Part shown: one piece after another, positions 37,481 to 50,754 of the stretch
How positions within the stretch are numbered: position 1 is the stretch's first letter
Layout: every line of letters starts with the position of its first letter
Assembly (NCBI GenBank): GCA_024704765.1
Contig: JAKMXF010000343.1
Span: forward strand, 806,001 to 870,000
Length of the DNA stretch: 64,000 nucleotides
Direction: 5' to 3'
From: Oopsacas minuta
Taxonomy: Eukaryota > Animalia > Porifera
Notes under the pieces: generated by a model
Told to the model about the DNA's origin: nothing
Seen by the model: the letters and a program-made list of their open reading frames with translations, nothing else
The model's database searches: none
Position numbers and translations under genes: made by a program

Positions 37481-39701
37481 AAGTAAAACTTCCATTAGGG
37501 AACACCTCCGATTAAGGAACACCGCCGTTTAGGGGACGCTATTTTTAAGTCCCGATTTTCTCCTATGCTTTGGCATTGATGCCTACCTACCTTTAAGAAA
37601 CACTTCTCTATAGTGAACAAGGAACACTCTTTTAGGGTTCCAAATATCACTTAGCCATATATATGTACTTCCCATTAAGGAACATAAGTGTCTATCATAA
37701 TTCGTGGAGATCAATGTGACAGTCAGTGGGCTGTAGTTTGTGCACATTTTGTGGGGATCTGTGTGATGAATATTGTTTTGTTCTTTACACACTGATTATT
37801 GAAATGACAAATGCTTATACGAAAAGGAAACCATATCCCATTGTTAGGTAAACATACATATCACTGTCCCTATGAAAAAGTCACTTAGTTCAAATCTTTG
37901 GTCTGTCAATCTCAAAACAAATCATAGAATGTCTTGAACAAAATTAAGAAAGAATCTATCCTTCACCGCTGTTAGAGATATTGAAGGATGGTGAAAAATG
38001 TAATCAACTGTCAGTTGCCGCTAAGTTTGGCATTTCCCTTGGAGTTGTTAAGCGGATGGCAAAACGAAGGGTAGAACTAGAGAAATTGGCCCAGAACAAC
38101 TGCCATGGTGCTAAACGCGCAAAATAATCAAAAACTAAGATCTCAATGAGAAAGTGTGAGAGTGGTTCGTTGCAGCTCGATCCAAGAACATCCCAGTGTC
38201 AGGTTCTATACTCCAAGAGAAAGCTCTGGATATTGCGACAGAACTCGAAAAGACTGACTTTAAGGCATCAAATGGCTGACTTGAAAAGTTTCGTCTTGGT
38301 TAAAACATCAACTTCAAATTTTTGAGTACTGACAGCGTAGGTGTTGACTAAGCTTCGTCAAAACCTGGAAGCAACGCATTTAACTCCCTCATCGACGAAT
38401 ACAGCCCTTAAGACATCTTCAATTGCGATGAAACAGGCCTCTTCTAAAAGGCATTGCCAACCAAGTCACTCGTGCAGAAGAGAATCTACAGCCATGGGAC
38501 GGAAAGTACCAGAGGATAGATTTACTATTCTCCTCTGTTCCAACATCTCAGGGACGGAGAACTTCATTCCGCTGATGATTGGGAAGAGCAAAAAGCCCTG
38601 ATGCTTCAAGAACATCTAGAAAGTCTGAGAGCTGCCAGTGATCTAGAAACACAACAAGAAAGCTTGGATGGACACAACCATGTTCGATGAGTGGCTGAAA
38701 GACTTAAACCGCAGCATGGCAAAGAAGAAGAGGAACATCTTACTGTTCTTGGACAATGCTCCCAGGAATCTCCAGATCAAACTCTCCAATGTTGTGAGCA
38801 AGTTCTTCCTTGCCAACTGCACATCAGAACTGCAACCCATGGACCAGGATATCATCAAGAAATTGAAAAATGGATACAGGAAGCGACTACTCCGTCGCGT
38901 CATAGCCAAACTCGACTCCGTTGAGACTGGAGATGAACTGATCTAATCCGTTAACGTCCTAGATGCCATCTACTGGATCGCACAACAGGGCAAGATGTAG
39001 CATAGGAAACTATCCAGAAGTGCTTCACTTGTAGTGAGTTCGAATTCTTCGAGGCATTTGAGTCTTCCGAGACACCAGATTCAACAGAAATAAATAGTCT
39101 TTTGAAAAACTTCGCAATGATTATCGAGACAGAGTCCTGAACACCGAGTATGTGAGAATTGGCAGTTGGGAACCAGGTTCATACTTTGGAATCAACTGAC
39201 TGGGAGACTGAACTTCACTCATATATTAATGATCAGGCCATCACACTAGATGAGACTTCCCAGGATTTACCAGAACCTTCAGTGCTTTCCGACGAGGATG
39301 TTTACAGTGCCATAGAGGAGCTCAAGTTATATGCAATTCACAATCTAGTGTCCTAGGGTCAATCATCAGTACTGAGAGTGTCGTTCATAAGACATATTAT
39401 AGGAAAGCGTTGCCACATGTCTGAGAAATGTATCACAGAATTTTTTCAAAGTTTAATCAATTGGATTACTTAATGACATGTGTTATACTGAAAATGGTTA
39501 ATAAAACACATAAAATGAGGTTATTTGATCAAAGTTCATTACTTACAGTAGTAATCTTGCACAAGTTTACAAATAACATTTATACACCTCATAAAGTTTA
39601 TGATATGGCACTAAAAGGCAAACCTATTATCAAGGGATACCTGCATATTAGGAACACTTTTCAGCAGTCCCAAAAGTGTTCACTAATTGGAGGTTTCACT
39701 G
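37481..39701 (+). mobile_element. pogo/Tigger-type transposon, defective
   Basis: TA-flanked TIRs (C)AGTAAAACTTCC / GGAGGTTTCACTG|TA. Fragments [48 protein letters not shown] and ANCTSELQPMDQ. Confidence 0.85.
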
Positions 39702-40545
39702 TATAGACGAACTCGCTTGCGAGGATGGATACGATATTGATATACCAATACTAAGTATTCGATTAAAGATGTTTTTTACAATAATACAAAAATAGATACA
39801 GCAACTAAAAAATATCAAGAGAAGACACTGATAGTGCTCCGTGTCCTGCGTGTGATACATAATCCCTTAAAGTCTGAGGAATTATGAATAAATGGTTAGA
39901 AACGATTCTATTTGATTTAACGAATATATTATTTCCTAACATTTAACTGAATCCAGCTTTGGTTCATATAGTAAATAATAACTTATTGTAAACAGATGCT
40001 GCGCTTTTTCTCAGCAAACCGGTTCAGTATATCTTCATAGATGAGAGTAACTATGTTCGATTAACATGAGCAACACCAAATCGCTACCCAGCTCTAAGAA
40101 CATTGTCGAGCGAAGGTAGGGTTTCACCCGTTTCAGTCCACTGAATAACATTACCACGTGGAGTTGGTAAAAGGAACTGTCGCAGCAATTTTGGATTAGC
40201 ATGAAATACGTTGAGAAGAGTCACAATTCCGTTGTGCACCTTAAGCTAATTATCCATGAAGCTTCGATCGAACTCTTTCGACAGGGCGGGACACAGTGAC
40301 AGAAACAATCGGTATCAAGAGTCATCTGGCCCTAGAAGTTACATACATGCCTTCCTTCGGCGCGAACGCTGCGAACACGATAGACTGGAAGTACAGCTAA
40401 GGCCATATAAATAATATACTAGTTTATCATCCCCGCCCGCCCCATTTAATCTCCCCCCTCGGCAATTTTTTCACTTCAATACACATCTTTATTTAATACA
40501 AATATTCGCAGATGAGCATCTTTGAAACAAACTAACTATTTAACA

Positions 40546-40720
40546 CTAGCGCCCTTCGCTTGCTAGGTCACTGAGCAGTGTGACTAGTCATGTGATTTTT
40601 GAAAATCCAAAAAAGGTGGCACTGGCATCATAATTTCGTCAGGTGCGAATTTTCGTCCAAGACTCAAACCTGTCCGAGTCAGGCCCAAATACCCCTGCCT
40701 GTATGGCAAAAATCAGCTCT
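40546..40720 (-). mobile_element. Fragment of the Helitron-like family at 20742-21297
   Basis: A|CTAGCG end plus shared AAAATC.AAAAAAGGTG..AATTTCGTCA..GGTG.GAATT..CCAAGACTC..CCGAG.CAGGCCCA. Confidence 0.35.
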
Positions 40721-40942
40721 TTGGTGTGCACTAAATTTTTATTATTATTATTATTATTTATCATCATTATTTAAATTGTGCAATAATTCAGATTATAGAG
40801 AGGAACTGAATATTAGTTTTCTCATATACAGTGTAAGCTTAATACGAATACTAACGGTCGGTACGGTTAAAATTTATTCGCCTTTCCGGAGTTCATAAAC
40901 CGGAGTAATATCCATTGAAGTACGATTGTAGGGACCTGATTA

Positions 40943-42230
40943 CAGGTTTAGGCATAAGTTCTGCAACCAGTATAAACTGGTATATTTCTTATTTTACCAC
41001 AATAGTAGTTGAAATTCGTAATGACTTAGTGAATATACATACTAAGGATACGAAATTAATCTAGCTCTTCGAATGTATTGCCCTCTGCTGCGATACATAG
41101 GCTCAATCGCTTATAGAAATTATCGACAGCAGCACGCAACACATCCTCACTGATTAAATCCCACTCTCTTCTCAAGGAAGACTTCAGACTTTCGACATTC
41201 TTGTGAGGCTTTGCACATGCCCTGGACACTAAGATGACCATATACAGAATTCCATAGGGTTTAGATCTGGAGAAGAGGCCGGCCATTCTTCAGTTGAATT
41301 CAATTCCGGTACATTAAGTTTCAACCACTCAGATGTCATTTTGGCTTTGTAGAAGGGAGCTGAATCTTGCTGGAACACCCAATGCGCGCCATTGAAGTGC
41401 CGCCAGCCCAAGGCTTCAATGCGTTCTCTAAAATGCTCTCTACATACACCTCTTTGTTAATTTTCACCCCTTTGTCAATGAACACCAGAGGTAATAGCTA
41501 ACCAAACCATGACCGATGCAGGTTTCTGAGTCCTTATGATTGTGCCTATTGATGACGATATAGACTTTTGATCTGGAGTAAGAATTAGACTGTTTTGGCG
41601 ATTATATGCCATTTCTATGGTAAAAATCTACTCATCGGAGAAGACAATACTCTGGTGCGTACCACCAGTGAACCTTTTTCTCAGAATCAGACATTTTTCA
41701 TGCCTACTCCTCTCATTCACCTCAGAAAGTAACTGTACCTCTCGAAATTTGTAGCATTTCAAGCCTAAATCCTCTTTTACTATCCTCCCATACTTCTGGT
41801 CGAAATATTGAAGTCTTTTGCCATGCCTTGGATGCTTCTGACAGGATTCTTCCTGACCCTCTCCCGGACGAGCGTCCTAACAACAGGAGTAGGAACAGAA
41901 CGAGGTCTAGCTTTTCTGAACCTGTCCTGGGTACTGCCTGTCTCCTTGTAACGTTTCATTATACGGTAGACTATCCATCTGTTTATGGACAGTATTTTTG
42001 ATATTACGGAAGCTGACTTGCCTTCATTATGATACAAGATTATCAATGACCGTTTTGCTTCTTTGTCCATAAATCAGAAAAATTTTTCTAGTAGGACTCA
42101 ATACTCTAAATATTGTTTAAAAAGATATTGAAGCATAAAGGTAATATATGATAAATAAATACTCACCTAAAACCATTCGCAGAACCTCTAGCTTATTTTA
42201 AATTTGTTACAGAACTTATGGCTAACCCTA
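40943..42230 (-). mobile_element. maT (DD37D-type) transposon, defective
   Basis: TA-flanked TIRs (CAGG/TAGG)..TTAG.CATAAGTTCTG.AAC. ORF pieces MDKEAKRSLIILYHNEG, VFSDE, VFQQDSAP and WPASSPDLNPM. Confidence 0.85.
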
Positions 42231-42821
42231 TATGTACGAATATTGCTCGTCTTATCAGAAATTCGTATTAACGAGATAGTTTAAATAGATCAGTGAAATT
42301 ACGCTAAGCAAAAAATAAAAATAAAATGTCACCCCTGCCCCTATTTCACAGAAAAAAATGGATGAGAAACAAGTAATTTATTTTACATGGCCTAACTCAG
42401 AATGAGTAGTCAATCTATACAGTATGAGGGTGCTCGAAGCGATTTGAAACGATGTCACTTAGAGAATTCACAGTCTGGAAGACATCCATCATAGTCTCTG
42501 CTTTGCCATGAAGTATCTCAGTAGCCACCGAGCATATGTGCAGCAACCAACGCATTGTCAAGAGGTGAACCACCAAACAAGAAGCTATAATTGGAAATTG
42601 CAGGGCTTAGCACCGCAACTCCACTTTCTTCCGCAAACTCGCCGATAACGTCTCTCACAGCGGCAAGATTTGCAGACAGCTTAAATAAAATCTATACTGG
42701 CAGACTCATTGAGTCTCAGAAATCCTGGGAATCTGGCGCCTCTGAAGCTCTGGGCAGAGTTCATTTTGAATAACAACATAACTGGAATGCACTACGCTGC
42801 TGGTAGAGAGTGGCTGTAGAG

Positions 42822-44991
42822 CAGGCATGTACAACCCCCGGCCCGCATAGGACAAAACTTATGGAATATATAATCGCCCACATCCTTATTTTATTAACCC
42901 ATAATTGATATTTTCAATTTCTATATTAGATATTTTGGATATTTAATCAATTTCCTGAATATCCATATTACATGACTGATATGGCTGCTAAGCGAAGAAA
43001 AATTGACTTTGAATGTCGTGCATTCAATGATAAATGGACTGAAGAATATTTTTTATTTTTCAAGAAGACAGACCATTTGTCTTATTTGTCCTCAATCAGT
43101 AGCTGTAATCAAGGAACACAACATTAAGCGACACTATATGCTAAAACATGCTGATAAATATGACAGATTCACGCTTAATTTACGAAAGGAAAAAGTTGAA
43201 AGTCTCAAAATATCTCCTCCAGGCACAGCAAGCTATATTTACAAAGGTTAACAGAGATGAAGAAGGCGTAGTAAGAGCTAGCTACGCCGTAAGTGAAATT
43301 ATTGCTAAAAATCTCAAGTGTTTCACAGATGGAGAATTTGTTGTGGACTGTATTAAGACTGTCACTGAGATTTCGTGTCCTGAGAGAAGAACTAATTTCC
43401 TAAATCAGTCTGTCCCGTATTACAGAACCTCGAAGGCTAGATGACTTGGCAGAAAATTTAGAAGCATTGTCGATAAAATGTTCAGAAAATTCCAGTGTCT
43501 ATTCCATTTGTCTCGATGAATCTACTGATGTGGGTGATACTGCACAGCTTGCAGTATTTGTCCGAGGTTTATACACTGATTTTAATATCACAGAGGATCT
43601 ATTAGAGTTATGTAGTATGAGAGGTACAACTACTGGAGAATAACTGTTTGCTGAACTGAAAAATTCGTTGCTGAAATATAATTTAACTTTCTCGAAACTC
43701 ATTGGATTAACTACGAACGGTGCTCCCTGTATGTTGGGAAAGAGAAAGGGCGTAGTTACGCTTGCATTGAGAGAGAGCTATCGATATTAGGTTTAGAATC
43801 CGATCTAATAATATCCATTGCATAATTCACCAGGAAAACATATGCGCTAAACGTCTCCATATGAATAATGTAATGTCTGTTGTTGTAAATACAATAAACT
43901 TCACCCGATCAAAAGCTCTAAATCATAGACAGTTTAAAGAATTCCTGATTGATTAAATGCTGAATATGGCGATGTGACTTATTACAGCGAGGTTCGCTGG
44001 TTAAGTAGGGGAAATTGTTTGAAGAGATTCTACAATCTTTTACATGAAATCCAACTTTTCGCCGAAATGAAAGATCACCATGTGCCTGAATTACAAGATG
44101 AGTCTTGGCAGATGGACTTAACATTTTTGGTGGACATAACAACACACCTTAATGAATTGAATACAAAGCTCCAGGGAAAAAATCAACTTGTCACCCAACT
44201 CTAGGAACATATCAAGGCATTTCAACTTAAACTTCGAATTTGGGAGAGGCAGCTGCTGGAAAATAAGGCTAGTCATTTCCCTTGCCTGGATAAACTTACT
44301 GTAAATGGGACAGCATCAATCAATTTGACCAAATATGCTGAAGAAATAACAATACTTAAAACTGAATTTTCTCATAGGATGGCGAGTTTTGATGTCCACG
44401 AGCAAGATTTCAAAATATTTTCGTCTCCATTCGATATTGATGTTGATCTAGTTCCAGAAAGATACCAAATTGAACTAATAGAACCACAATGTACATCACA
44501 TCTAAGAGAAAAGTTTAGAGATGCTCCCTTAATAGATTTTTTACAAGCAATATTTTCGAAGACAACATTCCCAAAACTTTATTACCATGCACTTAAGATG
44601 GCATGTGTCTTTGGCAGTACCTACATCTGCGAACAATTTTTCTCGAAAATGAAGCTTACTTAAACCAAAACTAGAACCAACCTTACTGACAGACATCTCC
44701 TAAATCAGCTTCGAGTTGCAACATCAACAATCAGACCTGATATTTCAATGATAGTTCACTCCAAGCAGTGTCAAGTATCTCACTAGTTATCATAATTTAG
44801 TTTTTTTACTATAACATTAGGAGCTCTTAATTTATCCTTGTAAGTTGCAAGATAATTTCTAAACATCGACAAGTAATTTAATCTGATAAATATATAGTTA
44901 TTACAAATTGTGAATAAAAATTAACACCCGGCCCGCAACATAGTTTGAATATCGTATTATGGCCCACTTCTCGAAAGGTTGTACATGCCTG
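42822..44991 (+). mobile_element. hAT transposon, SPIN/GTF2IRD2-like, intronless, defective
   Basis: Perfect 15-bp TIR CAGGCATGTACAACC. Motifs CLIC..V...KEHNIKRHY..KH, CLDESTD, IHCIIHQE, YYSEVRWLSRG and FGSTYICEQFFS. The 8-bp flanks do not match (CTGTAGAG / GTCTATAT). Confidence 0.9.
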
Positions 44992-46298
44992 GTCTATATG
45001 GTAATTCAAAGAACTAACTAATATTATTATTACAGTATTATAAATAATGATATCTATAAATCCTTATATATATCATAAATGAGGATGCTTTGACCAATCT
45101 GGTTTGCTTTAGCCCAAATATTGAACATTTCAAAAGTTTTTATTTGATTCAGGATTAATTTCAAATAAATTTTTAGATGATTACACAAAAATTGGAGAAT
45201 TAAAAACTGTATATTTTTTGAAATTTGGATATTAATCAAGGCAAGAATTGACAGATTCACTAAGAAAAGCTGCATAGCTCTAAGAGAAGAAGCTCTAATA
45301 ATTTGGATAGATAATATATTCATACACTTCTGCTATCCTTTTGAATACGAAGAATTTAGTGCTGAAGATATCAGCACTAAATTGAACATCGAATAGCGAA
45401 CATAGGTCTATCGTAATTTCATATACAATTAAATCAATTGGTGAGTATGTTGTTAGCGTTGCGCAGCGACATAGAAAGCTGAGATTCATATACAATGGGC
45501 TAATAGGACAAAATGACGATTTAAAATTCAAACCAGATGCTATTCTGCACACCTAGCAAGTTCACAGGCTTGTCAGTCAGCCACCCACCTTTAGAATGCT
45601 TGAAGGACGTGGAACATTGTCAATCTTGAGAAAGCTAGTATGATTACAAATAAGATATAACAGAAAACAATACAAATTGATGATGTACCTGTCACATTGT
45701 ATCGTTGTTGGCTCCTAGAAAAATAAGAGATAAATATACAAAGAATGAATCAGGTGAATGCCATAGGAGAAATGGAACGCATTTGGAATTGTCGATTTCC
45801 TTCTCTATGAACCAGGTTGCATTGCAATCAGGGTATTATCTAAGCGGGTGCGGCGCGGCTATAGTAGCATGAAGGAAGTAGATCTATAGGTGTACGAAAA
45901 TTGGACAAGATACCTATGTAGAAAGTCATGATAATTATATCGTTAAGACATATAGTCAGGTGGTAGAACTTTTTAGAAGGTGAGTAACTTCATCGAAGTT
46001 CAGGGCTGTGATGTGCACTCAGTTCATGTGTCAATTTTGGACACAATTTCAAGGTGTTAAATGAATATAAGTCAACGAGTTTGAATCGAAACAGATGTAT
46101 ACTCGTAATCAGTGAAAGATTTCACGTCGTTTGAATGGCCACTTGAAAATGTTAAATAGTTTGTCACAGCAACACAGAACTATCTCATGGATGTGACAAC
46201 ATTCCATCCCCCAATTTTGTGAAAAAATAATCGATTTACCCATTATTCGAAGCAGCAGGGTTAGTTGAGCTAATTATGCATATATCTACACCATAAAT

Positions 46299-48843
46299 CA
46301 GGAGGCCCCAAACTGCAGCCCGCAAAAGCCTAATATGCGTCCCGCCAAAGAATATTGGCCAATTGAAATATTTAGCTCTTCGTCCATTTACACTTTTGTT
46401 GGAAGCTAATCTATAGTTGACTGATAGAAATAATTATTTGTTTTCGACGCTTTTAAGCTGACAATATCATATTAGAAGCCTAAAACTTATTAGAAAGGAT
46501 TCTGTTCTTTCAATTTCATATTTATATCTAATTGCTATCAATTTTCTGATTCCACAAAATTTAGAAAGTACAAATATAGAATGTCAATCCCGAAAAAGTG
46601 AAAAATCGAGGAAGAACATCGAGGATTTAAAGATAGATGGACAGAAACTTATTTTTGTATACAAAATAGAGATAAAAGTGTCTTGTTTGATTTGCAATGA
46701 GGCAATTTCGGTTTTTAAAGAGCGTAACATTCGTAAGCATTACGATACAAAGCTTAAAGTAGATTACGAGCAATTTACAGAAAACCTACGTGCAGGTAAT
46801 ATTACAACACATTTTATCAGTACAGAGGTAGCGGAAACAGTTCAAATGTTTTTGTTCATGCTTGTCTGACCTTTCAGTGTGCACCGCCCCTGTAGTAGAT
46901 ATCGGATAAATGTGCACCGCTTCTAGCGTGGAATTAGTACATAGTAAAGTAGTAACTTAATGTCTGAGTGCAATATATTATAACCGACTTTCCCTCTCTA
47001 CTCTGAGTGTTTTAGTTTAAAGTACAATGTTTTATCAATTTTCTTTCTTAGACAAACTCGAATATTTAAAAAGGAATCGATTATCTCAAATGAACTTATT
47101 CAAAAAGAAAGTGAATGAAGATTCTGCCACTATTTTTGCGACATATTATGTGTCACAGATTATTGCACAAAGTAGTAAACCGTTTTGCGATGGCGAATAT
47201 GTTGAAAAATGCTTACTCAAAGTGGTGGATTGTATATGTCCTGACAAAATGAATTTGTTCGAGGCTGTAAGTTTGTCTGCTAGCATTGTTACACGACGTA
47301 TGGAAGAAATAAGTGACAATCTACGATCACAGTTGTTGAACGTTAAAGATAAATTTGAACGTTTTTCAATTGGGTTAGACGAAAGTTGTGATGTGAGTGA
47401 TACAAGTCAACTTCTAGTTTTTATACGTGGTATTGACAAAGACTTCCATATAACTGAAGAATTAGCTGCTCTACATAGCTTGAAAGGGACTACAACAGGA
47501 CATGATGTTTTCGAAAAACTTCATGAAACATTACGATCCCTGAATCTAGATTGGAAGAAACTCACATCCATTACAACAGATGGGGCCAAAAGTATGGTTG
47601 GAAGGAAGATTGGATTAATTGGACGAATAAATAATCATATGGAGGATGTTGGTACGAATTTTCCCATCGCCCTTCACTGTCTCATTCACCAACAAGCGCT
47701 TTGTGCAAAATCACTTGACTTGGACTGTGTGATGAAGACAGTATTTAAAACAGTAAATTATATCCGTGCACATGCTCTGAACCATCGTCAATTTCAGAGT
47801 TTTTCGAAGGAGGTAGACACAGATTATGACGATGTAATCTACCACAGTGAAGTACGTTGGCTTAGCCGTGGTAAAGTTTGAAGCGATTCTTTGAGCTACG
47901 TAAAGAAAGAGATTATTTCATGACTACAAAGGGGCGTCCAGTAGGTGAACTGTCTGATGGCAAATGGGTATGGCAGCTTGCATTTCTAGCGGATGTCACA
48001 CAGCACCTTAATGATCTCAACTTACGGCTTCAGGGGAAAGGGAAGCTAGTCAATCAAATGTTTTATGACGTTAAATCCTTTGATTCAAAATTATGCCTTT
48101 TTGAAAAAGAACTTTCAACAAGCAATTTGACGCTTTTTAAACTATGCCAATTGTCAAGAATGATGTATCAGTTACCATACCATTTCCCGAATCATGGGCA
48201 AAGATTGCCATTGAATCACTCAAAGAACAGTTCAAACGACGATTTGAAGATTTTTATGCATACTCAAAGGATATTTTAATGTTTGCAGATCCATTTATTG
48301 TTGATGTGGAGGGACTTTGGGAGGATCTGCAATTAGAAATCATAGATCTGCAGTCAAATAACGATCTTAGGTAAAAACTTAGAGAGTTGTTCGCACTGCA
48401 ATTTTATCATACTCTGCCTTCAAGTATTTTCCCGAATGTTTGTGCCCTTGCCATGCGAATGGCTGCTTTATTCGGCAGTACTTATATTTGCGAACAAACC
48501 TTTCCAGAATGAAAATCGTGAAATCCAAAACTCAGTCACGATTGACTGATGGACACCTACATGATTTGCTTCGCCTCAGTGTTTCAAATTTGATTGTAGA
48601 AATAGACCAATTGGTGAAAAGTAAACAGGCTCAGATCGCCAAATGATACTCAACATATAGTTATAATTACAATGGTGTGTCTTGTAATTGATAATAGTCA
48701 ATTAAAATTAGATTATTTAAAGCTGGGTTAAAAAGAAAATGTATATCTATCTGCAGTTGAAATATTATATTATTAGTGTTGCGACCGCGAACAAGTTCAT
48801 ATAACTAATGTGGCCCTCGATTGAGAAAGGTTGGGGACCCCTG
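46299..48843 (+). mobile_element. hAT transposon, SPIN/GTF2IRD2-like, copy 1 (intron-containing, defective)
   Basis: TIRs CAGG(A)G(G)CCCCAA / TTGGGGACCCCTG. ATG at 46581 with an early TGA and frameshifts. Motifs GLDESCD, ITTDGA, LHCLIHQQAL, YHSEVRWLSRG and FGSTY.CEQ. Confidence 0.92.
46796..47051 (+). other. Putative 256-bp phase-1 spliceosomal intron in the hAT transposase (mirrored at 52618-52363)
   Basis: CAG|GTAATA...TTTTCTTTCTTAG|AC. Splicing fuses the ORFs at 46678 and 47027 in frame: ENLRA-D-KLEYLKR. Confidence 0.75.
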
Positions 48844-48851
48844 CCCTATAC

Positions 48852-49191
48852 AAGGTCACCTGTACAAAACGGGCACTTAAAACATTCCCCTTCGAATTTC
48901 TATTTTTTACAGTGTTCCCAAATTCCTGACCTCATTACTTTGAACTATTGCAAACCCATCATGACTGTCCAAAACCTCAAAATTCTCAATATTTCGGGAT
49001 ATTTTTTCTAATTTCTTAATACCAGAAGTTAGAATTTCTTAATGACACGATGTATGTATGTATGTATGTGTGTATATAATTCCAGAATTGAATGAAGAAA
49101 CTGAAAACCCGCAGGGCTGATTTTGTATAAAGGAGATATAATTGAAATATTGACCACCGAGCACTATCAAATGAAATTGTACCTTATGTTC
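48852..49191. other. 340-bp spacer inverted between the two hAT copies
   Basis: Flanked by CCCTATAC (48844-51) and ATTTATGG (49192-99), the reverse complements of the outer flanks GTATAGGG (53116-23) and CCATAAAT (46291-98). Confidence 0.85.
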
Positions 49192-49385
49192 ATTTATGGC
49201 AGGGGTCCCCAACCTTTCTCAATCGAGGGCCACATTAGTTATATGAACTTGTTCGCGGTCGCAACACTAATAATATAATATTTCAACTGCAGATAGATAT
49301 ACATTTTCTTTTTAACCCAGCTTTAAATAATCTAATTTTAATTGACTATTATCAATTACAATACACACCATTGTAATTATAACTA

Positions 49386-50754
49386 CAGTATGTCCAATAA
49401 TTATTGCAACACTAGGGAGATTTCTTAGCGTAACCCAGAAACAATAAATATGAAAGTATATGATCTAATTTTATGTCTACTTGTTGAGAATACACTAAAG
49501 ATTAATATTTGATCTTATTTCCATCGTTTTCTACGACCATCTGACATCTACGCTTCATAGACTTCCAATAGGGTTCCAAAAATTCGGGTGTGAGAGAATC
49601 CCAAATTGTTTGGATACACTTTTCAAGCTCAGCTAGTGATTTGGCATGTTGTTTTACAACTTGATTTTTCAACCAGCCGAATAGATTTTCTATCGGATTA
49701 AGGTCTGGTGATTGACTGAGCCATTGAAATACATTATTTGGCATTTTTTCTGAGATCCATTGTTGGGCTAATTTTGAACGGTGCTTTGGATCATTATCCT
49801 GAACGAGAAACCATCTATTTCCGTGGAAAGCCTCAGCCTGCGAAAGAAGATGCCATTCAAGGATCTTAACAAAGAATTGTGCATCCAAATTCTGACGAAA
49901 TATGCACAATGGGAAGGTACCGAAAGACGAAAATGCAGCCCATATGTGTATTTTCGGTGAGTGTTTGGTAGTTTTTTGTGATCGTTTTTTTCCAGATTTT
50001 GTCCACATTCGAACCTTCCCACGATTAAGCCAGAAAGAGGCTTCATCTGCAAACACAGCTCTACACCACAGTTTAAATTTGTTTTTCTGTGCCCATTCAA
50101 TTCTGAAGAGACGATTTTTTTTCAGATAGCAATGGAATCTGGACAGGAAATGGCTTAGAGTATTTCAGTTTCTGAAGAGTAAGATGGACTGTACTTTTAC
50201 TGACAGTCAGTTTCTTTGTTTTAGTTATCCTGGTTGTAAGTTTACGTACACTAGTCTCTGGATCCGATTTGATGAACTGAGTAGCTGTATATTTTATTGA
50301 ATTGCCGAGTAAATTTGGTCTACCACCGCCTCTTTTGTGTTTAAGGGTCATATTTGTTTGGAGCCTTTTTTTAACCCTGTAAACTGTCCCTCGATCAACA
50401 TCTAAAATGCGTGAGATTTCAGTAGGTGTATGTTTATCGCCAATCAATAGAGTTTTGATCTTTTCTCTCATCACCTCTTGAGCCATATCAACGCTAAATG
50501 CTAAATTATTCAGCTAAAAGGTAAGAGAATTTTCTAATTTATGATGAAAGGTACTAAATGATGACGTCATGGTAAATAATGACGTCATCCTCATTAGCAA
50601 AAAATATAATCCCATTGTGTTTACTCAGATTTATCTTCAAATAGATACCAATTAACTTTCAATATTAGTACAGTAACTACTACTTATCAACTAGAACTAT
50701 AGCAGTGGTTGAAATAGAAATAATGATGTGTTGCAATAATTATTGGACATACTG
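49386..50754 (-). mobile_element. Tc1-like DD35E element, one frameshift
   Basis: Perfect 27-bp TIR CAGTATGTCCAATAATTATTGCAACAC with TA duplication. ORFs 50486-50097 (HTH) and 50056-49502 (FADEASF, VQDNDPKH, SPDLNPIEN; 35 aa between D and E). The break falls at a T8 run near 50115. Confidence 0.92.
50561..50588. promoter_or_regulatory. Two CRE/ATF-type palindromes upstream of the Tc1 ORF
   Basis: ATGACGTCAT at 50561-70 and 50579-88, 75-100 bp upstream of the ATG at 50486. Confidence 0.4.

Noticed and set aside
42400-42820. Minus-strand coding-like relic (ATEILHGKAETMMDVFQTV...)
   Set aside because: Multiple stops and no motif I can assign with confidence.
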